Shown: positions 8,711 to 16,677 of the stretch, one piece after another
Layout: every line of letters begins with the position of its first letter
Numbering within the stretch: the first letter of the stretch is position 1
Notes under the pieces: model-generated
The model's database searches: none
Seen by the model: the letters and a program-made list of their open reading frames with translations, nothing else
What the model was told of the DNA's origin: nothing
IMG/VR virus record: IMGVR_UViG_3300030395_001615
Span: 1-24,200 of that record
Strand: one strand, 5' to 3'
Length of the DNA: 24,200 bases
Source: a virus
Lineage: Duplodnaviria; Caudoviricetes
Translations under genes and position numbers: made by a program

Positions 8711-10528
8711 TTACATTACTTTCTGTATCAGGACTCTATAATCATCGTCTGTTACTGAACTAGCAAATGCAACTTTAACTGTACCGTTTGTTGGTCTTGT
8801 GATATCACATAAGACTGTATCATATGTTGGTGTCCCAGCTGATATATCGACTACTTGAACAATAACATCAAACGACGCAAGACCATGTGTAACTGTGTAC
8901 GTATTACTTGATTTTGTCACAGCCCCCTCATTAGCATCTAAATTTACAGCAAAACCTGTAGCAGCTAATTGATTATCTACATGCGCTTTTAGTCCTGCTG
9001 GTGTAACAGCTCTAGCAGTATCTGTACCAGTTGTACATTCCGAGTTTGTTGCTAATTCAAGAACTCCTCTTTTTGTTGTTGACCCTTGAACAACATTAAA
9101 TTCTAATTTATTGAGTGAAGGGTTTGTTATTGTTACCCCACCATGCTCGGAGGTTGTACTTAAAAATTCTACCGTTTCAGCACTTGCTACAGACGAGCCA
9201 CCTGCAGTATTACTTCCATCTAATTTTAAGTTCCATCCGACATAATTATCAGCTCCACCTAAATCTGCAAGAGTTAATGTTCTTGTAGACGCCGCTGTAA
9301 TTACACCATCAGTTAAAGTTATATCGTCAATAACTGTTGCTCCTGATGTTGTTATATCATCATCTGTTCCAATTGTTGGGTTGTATTCACCTGTTATTGG
9401 AATATTGTAATATGTTGAACCGTTATTAGTAAACTGCCATCTGTCACCATCTTCTTTAAAGTTTAGTAAAACGTTGTTAGAATTACCTCTTTCAACCTCA
9501 ATACCAGACAATAATGAACTTGCTGGAGAACCTGTTTGATTTTTATTAAGTACTATTATATTATCTTCAATTGTTAAATTGGTAGTGTCAATAGTTGTGG
9601 TACTTCCATTTACAGTAAGGTCTCCAGAAATTGTTATGTTCCCACTAAATGTTCTTGCGCCACCAATAGTATCGTTAAGAGTGAATATGATTGCTTCTGA
9701 ACCTACTGTTGTGGTTTCTGTAATTGTAATTGCATCATCATCTCCTGTAAACGTTACAGCATCATCATCTCCAGCACTTGCGTCTAATTGTAAGATTGCC
9801 GTATTTGCCGCACCAGCTGCAACTTTTAAATCATATGTTGTATTGACATTGTCAGATGCTGGTATTGTAACTGTTTTTGTGTTTACTGCAGTAATGTGAC
9901 CTCTTGCATTCGATGTTATGCTATCAATAGCTGTAAATGTACCACCATATGATGGAGAAGCGTTTGAAGTTGTATTACTTCTAGAAACATCTGCGTGACC
10001 TATAGTTAATGTGTCAGTTGCTGAAACCGTCCCTTCTATTTCGTCTGTTGCAGTTACAGTTAATGTATTTCCTGAAGCAATGGCTTGTGTGTTGCTTCCG
10101 TCACTAATAGTCCATCCTGAATACGATGAGATAGATTGTGTTGTAATGGCTGTTATTCTACCTTGTGCATCTACTGTGATTCTTGGAACAGCACTTGACG
10201 AACCATGTGTTCCTGCTGTAATAAGGTCTGTTAACCCTAATGTAACAGAAAACGCTCCTGAAGATGATGTTGCAGAGCCAGCTTCAACTTCTAATCCTGT
10301 TCCTGCATTGACTGTTACAGACGAAATATCACCTGAACCATCTAATGTAACCCAATAGTTGGTGTTTGCTCCATTGTGAAACTTTATTGCATTATCAGCT
10401 GAATTATAAATAAGTCTACCCTCGTAGTCTGAACCTGCAAGTACAGGGTCTGATGTTACAACATCTATCTTTGCATTTTTGAGTTCTAGATTTTCTAGAG
10501 ATATGTTGTGTAAAAATTTTATAGCCAT
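8711..10528 (-). CDS. Tail fibre / fibre-arm structural protein
   Basis: 605 aa, T/S/G/D-rich. Fibre motifs ITVDAQGRIT, GDLTVNGSTTTIDTTNLTIEDNII and RGVLELATNSE...AVTPAGL. C-terminal VTHGL...VIVQVVD domain. Confidence 0.75.
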   Translation of the reverse strand: MAIKFLHNISLENLELKNAKIDVVTSDPVLAGSDYEGRLIYNSADNAIKFHNGANTNYWVTLDGSGDISSVTVNAGTGLEVEAGSATSSSGAFSVTLGLTDLITAGTHGSSSAVPRITVDAQGRITAITTQSISSYSGWTISDGSNTQAIASGNTLTVTATDEIEGTVSATDTLTIGHADVSRSNTTSNASPSYGGTFTAIDSITSNARGHITAVNTKTVTIPASDNVNTTYDLKVAAGAANTAILQLDASAGDDDAVTFTGDDDAITITETTTVGSEAIIFTLNDTIGGARTFSGNITISGDLTVNGSTTTIDTTNLTIEDNIIVLNKNQTGSPASSLLSGIEVERGNSNNVLLNFKEDGDRWQFTNNGSTYYNIPITGEYNPTIGTDDDITTSGATVIDDITLTDGVITAASTRTLTLADLGGADNYVGWNLKLDGSNTAGGSSVASAETVEFLSTTSEHGGVTITNPSLNKLEFNVVQGSTTKRGVLELATNSECTTGTDTARAVTPAGLKAHVDNQLAATGFAVNLDANEGAVTKSSNTYTVTHGLASFDVIVQVVDISAGTPTYDTVLCDITRPTNGTVKVAFASSVTDDDYRVLIQKVM

Positions 10529-10539
10529 TCTTAATATTT

Positions 10540-11253
10540 TTAGTTAAAATATGCAATTCCTGAAACAGGAAGTGCAAATTTTATTGTAACGTTGTTTGAG
10601 TCGTCATACTCTACTTTTCCAATAACTTTATTATCATTAGCATCAACAACAGTGACACTAGGTTTTTTGTTTAAGCCATGTTCCATTGACCATGTTGCTG
10701 ATGGAGTTGGTTGTGGCACTGCTTTGTGCTTATCAAAATCATCAACCCTAAACACCAACAAAGATAATAAATAATCCTTTTCAACTTCTAGACTACCACT
10801 ACCCCCTTTATAAGTAAGGTTTATATCATAAAGACTTGTGTCAGAAGAATTTTGCGTAGAGGAATTCCAAACATAAACACCAAAATTAGAAGTGTCGTCT
10901 GCTTGTTTAATTAAAACCATACTTGTTTCAATTGCTTCATAAAAATCGCTAACGTCTATATTTTGGTCTGCTAAAGTATTCCTGTGTATTTTTATATTCG
11001 ACAAAGCTGAAAAAGCTACAGTAGCTCCTTGGTCTACAGCAGATTCAAAATATCCATAAGTAATGGTTTTTCCAGATGGCCTAACATAAGTGTATCTAGA
11101 GCCATGCCCTTGTACTACTCCGCTTTTATTTAGAAACCCAAATAAATCAGATACCTTGTAATTCTTAGTGATAGTACCAGCAGAGTCTGTACCTATAACT
11201 TTATCATTAGTAGTTATATCGGTATCAAGTGCATAAGTGCTTATTCTGGCCAT
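10540..11253 (-). CDS. Tail/fibre anchor structural protein
   Basis: 237 aa. N-terminal MARISTY..D..I...D.VIG.D...TKNY domain shared with 16677..18128. C-terminal W...HGL.K.PSVTVVD domain. Confidence 0.6.
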   Translation of the reverse strand: MARISTYALDTDITTNDKVIGTDSAGTITKNYKVSDLFGFLNKSGVVQGHGSRYTYVRPSGKTITYGYFESAVDQGATVAFSALSNIKIHRNTLADQNIDVSDFYEAIETSMVLIKQADDTSNFGVYVWNSSTQNSSDTSLYDINLTYKGGSGSLEVEKDYLLSLLVFRVDDFDKHKAVPQPTPSATWSMEHGLNKKPSVTVVDANDNKVIGKVEYDDSNNVTIKFALPVSGIAYFN

Positions 11254-11268
11254 ATTATTCTTTTAATG

Positions 11269-11276
11269 CAAAGATA
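11269..11276 (-). promoter_or_regulatory. -7 promoter box TATCTTTG
   Basis: Intergenic TAnnTTTG 15 nt upstream of the ATG at 11253. Confidence 0.7.
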
Positions 11277-11294
11277 ATATTTTAAAGAGTATAA

Positions 11295-11429
11295 TTATCT
11301 ACCCTGACCCCTGTATAGTTTTAAATAATTTTTAGAGCCCTTGCATTTAGACGTTTTAGTCTTAGAATGAACTCCTGGTCTTTTCTTTCTTTTTTTCTCT
11401 ACGTAAGGGCGAAATATTATTTTTGCCAT
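11295..11429 (-). CDS. Small basic protein, 44 aa (not in ORF track)
   Basis: MAKIIFRPYVEKKRKKRPGVHSKTKTSKCKGSKNYLKLYRGQGR. TAATG overlap with the holin stop; fills the gap exactly. Confidence 0.75.
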   Translation of the reverse strand: MAKIIFRPYVEKKRKKRPGVHSKTKTSKCKGSKNYLKLYRGQGR

Positions 11430-11884
11430 TATTTATTTTTGATGCTTTGGAACTTTTCTGCCCCACGACTTCCGAAGTAGGCTACATAGACGGTAACAAG
11501 AAGTGTCTGAAGTAAATCTACCCATCCAGCTGACACTTGAAAACTCCATTCAAAACTATCTAGTATTATTAAAAGTACCATTGATATAGTTAAAAATATA
11601 AGACTCATCGGTCTTGTGTTTTTCGACAACCATGAATCTGATTTCATGTCTGAATCCCATCTCTTAGAAACCTCTTGCATTTCAATTATATCCATTTCCA
11701 AAAGCTTCATTGCTTTTTCTTTATCTTCTGGAGGTAAAGAGTCATCTTTTGATATTAAGTTCTTTACAACACCTAAAACACCGTTGTCAGGCAACACATC
11801 ACCAACTGTACCTAAAATACCTGGTGCTGCTTTACTTAAAAATTTGCCAACCTTCGTGTCCTTGAATTTCTTTTTATTGCTCAT
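11429..11884 (-). CDS. Putative holin (resembles the GTA 3TM holin family)
   Basis: RWDSDMKSDSWLSKNTRP followed by two hydrophobic helices and YFGSRGAEK. Overlaps the endolysin stop. Confidence 0.65.
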   Translation of the reverse strand: MSNKKKFKDTKVGKFLSKAAPGILGTVGDVLPDNGVLGVVKNLISKDDSLPPEDKEKAMKLLEMDIIEMQEVSKRWDSDMKSDSWLSKNTRPMSLIFLTISMVLLIILDSFEWSFQVSAGWVDLLQTLLVTVYVAYFGSRGAEKFQSIKNK

Positions 11885-12345
11885 ATTACTGCATATTTTG
11901 TTTTACCATTATCCTTATAAGCTTTCAAACACCTGTTTCTATTTTTTTGCGCATCTACATATGAAACATGAATCCAGTTTGGATTTTTATCGTCTCCAAA
12001 CTCCCATATTAATTGGTCGAAATCTAGATTTTCTTTTATATACATATACATTTCAGCATTTGTTTTGTGTCCATATACGTCATCTAAATCCATCGCTTGA
12101 CCTTTACAATGCTGGCTGGTTTTACTTCCTCCAATAGCACGATTTAATTCTGGAGACCTGAAGAAAGAATTTATTTTTATTGGTCCTCCTACCCACGCTC
12201 TTAAAGGTTGAAAAATCATTTCAGCTATAGTAAACATACTTGCCAACTGTTCTTCATTAGGCGTGTTTTCTATTCCTTTTCTTTTTGCTGTTTGTGAGTG
12301 TATTGATTCTTTATAAGATATGTTTTTTGATATTTTATCAGTCAT
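11881..12345 (-). CDS. Peptidase M15-family endolysin
   Basis: SFFRSPELNRAIGGSKTSQHCKGQAMDL (His and Asp Zn ligands) and WIHVSY (third ligand) form the M15A/M15_3 signature. Adjacent to the holin. Confidence 0.88.
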   Translation of the reverse strand: MTDKISKNISYKESIHSQTAKRKGIENTPNEEQLASMFTIAEMIFQPLRAWVGGPIKINSFFRSPELNRAIGGSKTSQHCKGQAMDLDDVYGHKTNAEMYMYIKENLDFDQLIWEFGDDKNPNWIHVSYVDAQKNRNRCLKAYKDNGKTKYAVI

Positions 12346-12349
12346 TATA

Positions 12350-13552
12350 TTATAGTTGTACGTTTATTCCAAAGTTAGTAGCATATATCTTACTATCCCA
12401 AAATTGAGTGTATTCACCTTCAATAAATATTCCAAGCTTTCTTCCTACCTTCCAACCAAACATAACCCCTGCTTGATAGTCATCCCATTGCTCTCCTCCA
12501 AGCATATCATTGTGTCCACCTTTACCCCAGCTATTTCTATGTAGATAACTAAAGTCTTCGTTACCTGCTACATATTTGTGATGTGGTAGTATCCAGTTTC
12601 CATATGCATGTAACCAAAAGTTTCTTTTGTAGTGATAGAAGTCAAATCCAACTATGGGTGCTATCTCCGCAAAAGGGTCTAGCTCTGCCCATCTTTCTTT
12701 ATTAAACCTATTCATTAACTCAAAATAAACATCGTCTCTAAATTGAATATCCGAATAAGCAACTATTTCCCCACCTCCATCTATCCAATACCAATCATAT
12801 GTCTGGTTTCCAAATTCATCTTGAGACTGGTAATATATGTCATCATATCCGTATAGATATCCTAATTCCCACCAATTATTTACAGGAACTTCTATTTGAC
12901 CACCCTGTCCATTATCAATAAATTCTGTTTCGTTAAGCCATATTTCGATTGGGTTATATCCATAAGGTTGCTGATGAGTTCTCCAGATTGCGCCCACTGA
13001 AATACTAAACTTTTTACCTATGGGTAATCTTCCTCTAATTTCACCAGATTTATATTCAAATCCTACATTACCTGACTCTCTGCTTTCAAACTTTATAATA
13101 TGATATTTTCCTGTGTGTCTAACAAAAAGCCTTTGGTTATCAAATTCATCTCCGTTTACTCTTTGTTTTTCCCAATGCAATAAATACTCAAGACCCTTGA
13201 CGGCTGCAGTTGGCGCAGACAAAGCCATTGTATTCTCATCTTCTCCTATACCATTATAAAAGTTAGCTCCTTTTATTTCGTAGTCGAATCTTGCTATTTT
13301 TCTAATACCAACACCAAACCTATAGTCATGAGGATGATATACTGTTTCATCTATAACTGTTGGAACTTCGTAGAGGTTGTCTGGATTTGTTCTAATGAAA
13401 TACTCCTTTGATTCCATTTTTGCATTTCCAACATTACCAGCTGCATATACGGTACCATATTTTAAAAAGTCCTTATACAGGTCTTTGAAAAAGTTTTGAC
13501 CATTTGAAGTTATTGGTAATAAAAAAATAAGTAGGTATAATAATTGTTTCAT
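12350..13552 (-). CDS. Secreted putative outer-membrane beta-barrel protein
   Basis: Sec signal MKQLLYLLIFLLPITSNG|Q. About 12 alternating amphipathic strands (YRFGVGIRK, FSISVGAIWR, IAPIVGFDFYH, YQAGVMFGWK, LGIFIEGEY) and a terminal beta-signal-like YATNFGINVQL. Confidence 0.65.
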   Translation of the reverse strand: MKQLLYLLIFLLPITSNGQNFFKDLYKDFLKYGTVYAAGNVGNAKMESKEYFIRTNPDNLYEVPTVIDETVYHPHDYRFGVGIRKIARFDYEIKGANFYNGIGEDENTMALSAPTAAVKGLEYLLHWEKQRVNGDEFDNQRLFVRHTGKYHIIKFESRESGNVGFEYKSGEIRGRLPIGKKFSISVGAIWRTHQQPYGYNPIEIWLNETEFIDNGQGGQIEVPVNNWWELGYLYGYDDIYYQSQDEFGNQTYDWYWIDGGGEIVAYSDIQFRDDVYFELMNRFNKERWAELDPFAEIAPIVGFDFYHYKRNFWLHAYGNWILPHHKYVAGNEDFSYLHRNSWGKGGHNDMLGGEQWDDYQAGVMFGWKVGRKLGIFIEGEYTQFWDSKIYATNFGINVQL

Positions 13553-13556
13553 GAGG

Positions 13557-13898
13557 TTAAAATTTGTTTCCGATGATTTCTTCTATTTCGTCAAGTATTT
13601 TTTGTTCACAATCATCTGGCAGCTTGAGGGATATTCCGCTCTCAACTCTCATGATTTCATCGCCATTATGGTACAAAATAATTGTAGGTAAATATTTTAT
13701 TTTTTCTTTTTCAAAAATCTCTTTCTTATCAGTAATATAAAAGGTATAAACATTATGGTCTCTGAATTTTTTTAAAGAAATTTCTGAATCTTTTGTGAAT
13801 GGGGCACTAAATTGAACTACTGATATATCATCTTTAAAGTTCTGGCTATAGCCTGTAGCTAATGTCAAAAAAAAGACAATATATTTTAAAGCTTTCAT
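13557..13898 (-). CDS. Secreted thioredoxin-fold protein lacking CxxC
   Basis: Signal peptide ...ATGYS|Q. VVQFSAPFTKDS aligns to VVDFWAxWCxPC without the cysteines. KYLPTIILYHNGDEI is the cis-Pro loop and following strands of Trx. Confidence 0.7.
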   Translation of the reverse strand: MKALKYIVFFLTLATGYSQNFKDDISVVQFSAPFTKDSEISLKKFRDHNVYTFYITDKKEIFEKEKIKYLPTIILYHNGDEIMRVESGISLKLPDDCEQKILDEIEEIIGNKF

Positions 13899-14200
13899 CT
13901 TGTTTTGCTAATTTCATACAATCTCTCTTCCATCTTAGCTAAGGATTCTTTTATTTCTGAAACATCTCCTTTTACAGTAGTGACATCTAAATCTATCTTT
14001 TCGATAGTGCTTCTAACTAATTCATCTTTATACTGAAACTCTATGGAGCTGACTTCAGGTTTTGGTTCTGTCATGGCTAAAGCTATTTCGCTTTTTAATG
14101 TGAAATACATAGTTGCTAAAGATATTGTAAAGCCTACTACAAGACCGAGAGTTTTTAAATCTAGAGTGAGTTTAGTGTTTTCTGATACTTCAGTTGCCAT
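13895..14200 (-). CDS. Single-TM plus coiled-coil membrane protein (101 aa; start re-assigned to 14200)
   Basis: MATEVSENTKLTLDLKTLGLVVGFTISLATMYFTL (TM) followed by heptads VTTVKGDVSEIKESLAKMEERLYEI. The ATG at 14200 sits just after the upstream stop (14202), whereas the track start at 14275 overlaps the upstream gene. Confidence 0.7.
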   Translation of the reverse strand: MATEVSENTKLTLDLKTLGLVVGFTISLATMYFTLKSEIALAMTEPKPEVSSIEFQYKDELVRSTIEKIDLDVTTVKGDVSEIKESLAKMEERLYEISKTR

Positions 14201-14201
14201 T

Positions 14202-14522
14202 TTATTTACCTTTATTTTTGTTAATGATACTAAAATACTCTGAAGACAAAAGACTGGAAGTTTTCTTTCCGTCACTACTAGTAGTTTCTTTTTGAAACAT
14301 AGCGTTTTTTATGGGGAAGGCGTCTTCAAAATTGCCTGTGAAGTTTGTAACGTTTGACTTATGGGTATTGTAGTCAGGTGAAAAGATAACTGTATCCTGT
14401 GCAGTTATATTGTGACCGCTTTCTTTCAAAGCATTTACTCTTGCTTTGTATTTGTTTAAAAATGGAGTTTGACTTTTGCCGTTGCTACTAAATCTGTATT
14501 TTTTTCCGTTACCGTTGCCCAT
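14202..14522 (-). CDS. Hypothetical protein
   Basis: 106 aa, tightly packed between neighbours; no recognisable motif. Confidence 0.65.
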   Translation of the reverse strand: MGNGNGKKYRFSSNGKSQTPFLNKYKARVNALKESGHNITAQDTVIFSPDYNTHKSNVTNFTGNFEDAFPIKNAMFQKETTSSDGKKTSSLLSSEYFSIINKNKGK

Positions 14523-14525
14523 AAT

Positions 14526-14771
14526 TTATTTCTTTTTTCCCCCACCTCTAGCTCTATTAGCTTTTTGACTTTCTAAAACTAATCTACTGCCTCTGTGAGA
14601 ACAATCCAACTTATCACCTTTTCGTGATTTCTTGTTTTTTCTATTAAATAAATTACATTCAATTCTTTTTCGCACAGCTTCTTTTTTCTTCTGTGCTTTT
14701 GCGCTAGTTTTTCTATGTTTTTTCCTAGCTTTTGGGTTGTCTCTGTAATACTTTGCGGTTCTGCTTAACAT
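14526..14771 (-). CDS. Basic protein with minimal HNH-like (His-Me finger) motif
   Basis: KGDKLDCSH...LVLESQKANRAR resembles the GDGKDVxH...L...S.NR.R phage HNH-like proteins. Very K/R-rich. Confidence 0.5.
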   Translation of the reverse strand: MLSRTAKYYRDNPKARKKHRKTSAKAQKKKEAVRKRIECNLFNRKNKKSRKGDKLDCSHRGSRLVLESQKANRARGGGKKK

Positions 14772-14779
14772 AGTTTCCT

Positions 14780-14929
14780 TTATTTGTAAGGAAACATTCT
14801 GTTAAGTGAATCTCTTCGCTCACTACATCCACATGGTTTCCCCATTTTTTTTGAAATAGTTTCAACTACTTTTTTTACGCCTGTAGCTTTTGTAACTCTT
14901 TCTATAGTATCTCCTAATCCTTTATCCAT
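14780..14929 (-). CDS. Small conserved phage protein with CGC motif, 49 aa (not in ORF track)
   Basis: MDKGLGDTIERVTKATGVKKVVETISKKMGKPCGCSERRDSLNRMFPYK. TAATG overlap with the upstream ORF. Confidence 0.8.
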   Translation of the reverse strand: MDKGLGDTIERVTKATGVKKVVETISKKMGKPCGCSERRDSLNRMFPYK

Positions 14930-15069
14930 TATTTTTTACACTTACAAAGTTTGTTTGGACAAGAATCAACGTCTACCGTTAACTTTACTAAAATACTATT
15001 CCACTTGCATTGTAGCTTACACCAAAATGCTGAAATCCAATTACCTATTTTTACAAAAAACTTTCCCAT
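14929..15069 (-). CDS. Small Cys/Trp-rich cationic peptide, 46 aa (not in ORF track)
   Basis: MGKFFVKIGNWISAFWCKLQCKWNSILVKLTVDVDSCPNKLCKCKK. First ORF after a -7 box; stop overlaps the next start. Confidence 0.7.
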   Translation of the reverse strand: MGKFFVKIGNWISAFWCKLQCKWNSILVKLTVDVDSCPNKLCKCKK

Positions 15070-15081
15070 TTTTCTTTTTTA

Positions 15082-15089
15082 CAAATTTA
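15082..15089 (-). promoter_or_regulatory. -7 promoter box TAAATTTG
   Basis: Intergenic TAnnTTTG 12 nt upstream of the ATG at 15069, heading the run of genes that ends in endolysin and holin. Confidence 0.65.
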
Positions 15090-15100
15090 ATAAATTATTG

Positions 15101-15535
15101 TTAAGTATTTTGAGGGCAATTGCACCCATCATCTTTTAATATATTAGTGACGTTTGCAGTTGCTTTATCTGGATTTATAATCTTTCCACCTATGTTGTAA
15201 ACCTTTTGTGCGTCTTTGACTATACCTTCAATATTTCCTCTAGAAACATTTTTTGCAAGACCTAATCCTGCTTTTACAATTCTACCTAAATTAGTGTTTA
15301 TTGTTTTGTCTTCGATTTGTTCTTTTACATTTTTAACATCAGAAATAAGTTCGGTAAGTTGAGTTCTCCCTCCCCTTTGTTCTCTGATAGCACTACGAGT
15401 ATTTTGTCTGATAGCTTGCTTTTCTTCACGAGAAGAAGCATTCTTCAAATCTTGTCTTCGTTGTCTTCTTAAATTTTTGATGTTTTGCCTTTTATCTTTA
15501 TTATTAGGCAACTCTATTCCAAACAAATCACTCAT
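15101..15535 (-). CDS. Hypothetical protein, basic helical N-half
   Basis: 144 aa, R/Q/K-rich helix, C-terminal GCNC. Packed in the operon. Confidence 0.7.
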   Translation of the reverse strand: MSDLFGIELPNNKDKRQNIKNLRRQRRQDLKNASSREEKQAIRQNTRSAIREQRGGRTQLTELISDVKNVKEQIEDKTINTNLGRIVKAGLGLAKNVSRGNIEGIVKDAQKVYNIGGKIINPDKATANVTNILKDDGCNCPQNT

Positions 15536-15538
15536 ATC

Positions 15539-15829
15539 TTAATATTTACCTCTTCTTCCTTTCGGACTACTTTTTTTACTTCCACCTTTTCCTGCCCATA
15601 AAGTTTTACAAGCCCAGTATCTAGCTGTTAATTTACTTTTAGCTGTTGAACATTTATGTCTTGCCTTAAAGGATTTTCTTGCTGCATCAGAATAATTATG
15701 ACCATAACCCTTTGCGCCAAAATGAATTAGCTTTTCTTTACCGCCTTCACAGGCTTTAACCATTTTTTTCTTTCCTGCTCTGTCTGATGGCCTTGGTTTA
15801 TTACAAGGCATTTTACTTTTATCTGCCAT
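15539..15829 (-). CDS. Basic conserved viral protein (KKxMV...IHFGAKGY...RKSFKARH...ARYW..LW family)
   Basis: The motif pattern recalls a DUF family shared by marine phages and giant viruses (DUF5754-like; recalled, unverified). Confidence 0.7.
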   Translation of the reverse strand: MADKSKMPCNKPRPSDRAGKKKMVKACEGGKEKLIHFGAKGYGHNYSDAARKSFKARHKCSTAKSKLTARYWACKTLWAGKGGSKKSSPKGRRGKY

Positions 15830-15831
15830 AA

Positions 15832-16677
15832 TTAATTGTCTTTACAAAATCTAATTGGTACATAAACGTCATTAGTGCCTGGTGAAAATTCCATAGGGGC
15901 ATATTTCATATACCTTTTTGATGCTTGATTACTAAAATTTACATAATAATATACAGTACGGTTTTGTGTACCAGCATTAACTTTAAGAACATTATTGTCA
16001 TTTGCAAACATCCAAAAATTTGCAGCTTGTTGGTCATTGAATTGACCAGGTCCTACCCAAATAAAACCACCATTATTCGTATCCTGTCCTCTTCCAAAAA
16101 CCTGAATATTTAATCCACTTTGATTAGCGTTAGTATGGTCTGACACGGTAAAATTCACATTCCCACTAGGGTGTGGACTTGAAGTACTTGTGTCATATCC
16201 ATTAGCTGATGTTAATGCACTGGAATGAATATTAAACCTTCTCGGATTTATTTTATCAGTACTACTTAGACAATTATCGCTAAAAACAGATTGCCAGTCG
16301 GTTTCTGTTGGTTTTCTGAATCCTGATGGAGGGTTTACTACTTGAGCAGCCCACTCATTATAAAAAAGACCCATGTGTGAATTGCTTGAGTCGAAATTGA
16401 AATATGCAGCAGCATATTCACTTGCATTATTTTTTGCAATTGCTTGTGAAGCAGTTTGTACAATTGGTATTGTAACTGCAGAACCGCTGACTGTTCCTGA
16501 TGTTTCTGATGAATTTACTGTTGTCCATATTCGTGCTGAACAAGGAATTATTACTGAATTTGTTGGAAGGTTAGGCCACAACAATGTAGACCCTTTATAT
16601 ATTTTTACCACATTAGAAGTGCCTAGTTTTATTTTTCCTTCAGCTGGTATTGAGCTTCCAATTCTAAAATCAGCCAT
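15832..16677 (-). CDS. Fibre tip / receptor-binding protein with FISUMP (Fib_succ_major, C-type-lectin fold)-like domain
   Basis: N-terminal adaptor IKLGTSNVVKIYKGSTLLWP. GLFYNEWAA...PPSGFRKPTETDW, NQSGL, NFW and PIRFCKD match the FISUMP consensus G.LYNW.AA..CP.GW..PT..EW / N.SGF / .FW / .VRC.KD. Confidence 0.65.
   Translation of the reverse strand: MADFRIGSSIPAEGKIKLGTSNVVKIYKGSTLLWPNLPTNSVIIPCSARIWTTVNSSETSGTVSGSAVTIPIVQTASQAIAKNNASEYAAAYFNFDSSNSHMGLFYNEWAAQVVNPPSGFRKPTETDWQSVFSDNCLSSTDKINPRRFNIHSSALTSANGYDTSTSSPHPSGNVNFTVSDHTNANQSGLNIQVFGRGQDTNNGGFIWVGPGQFNDQQAANFWMFANDNNVLKVNAGTQNRTVYYYVNFSNQASKRYMKYAPMEFSPGTNDVYVPIRFCKDN

Noticed and set aside
13557-13898. Redox-active thioredoxin as an auxiliary metabolic gene
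   Set aside because: No CxxC; the single Cys is far from the active-site position.
14201-14275. N-terminal 25-aa extension of the 126-aa ORF
   Set aside because: It overlaps the upstream gene in another frame; the ATG at 14200 fits the tight gene packing.
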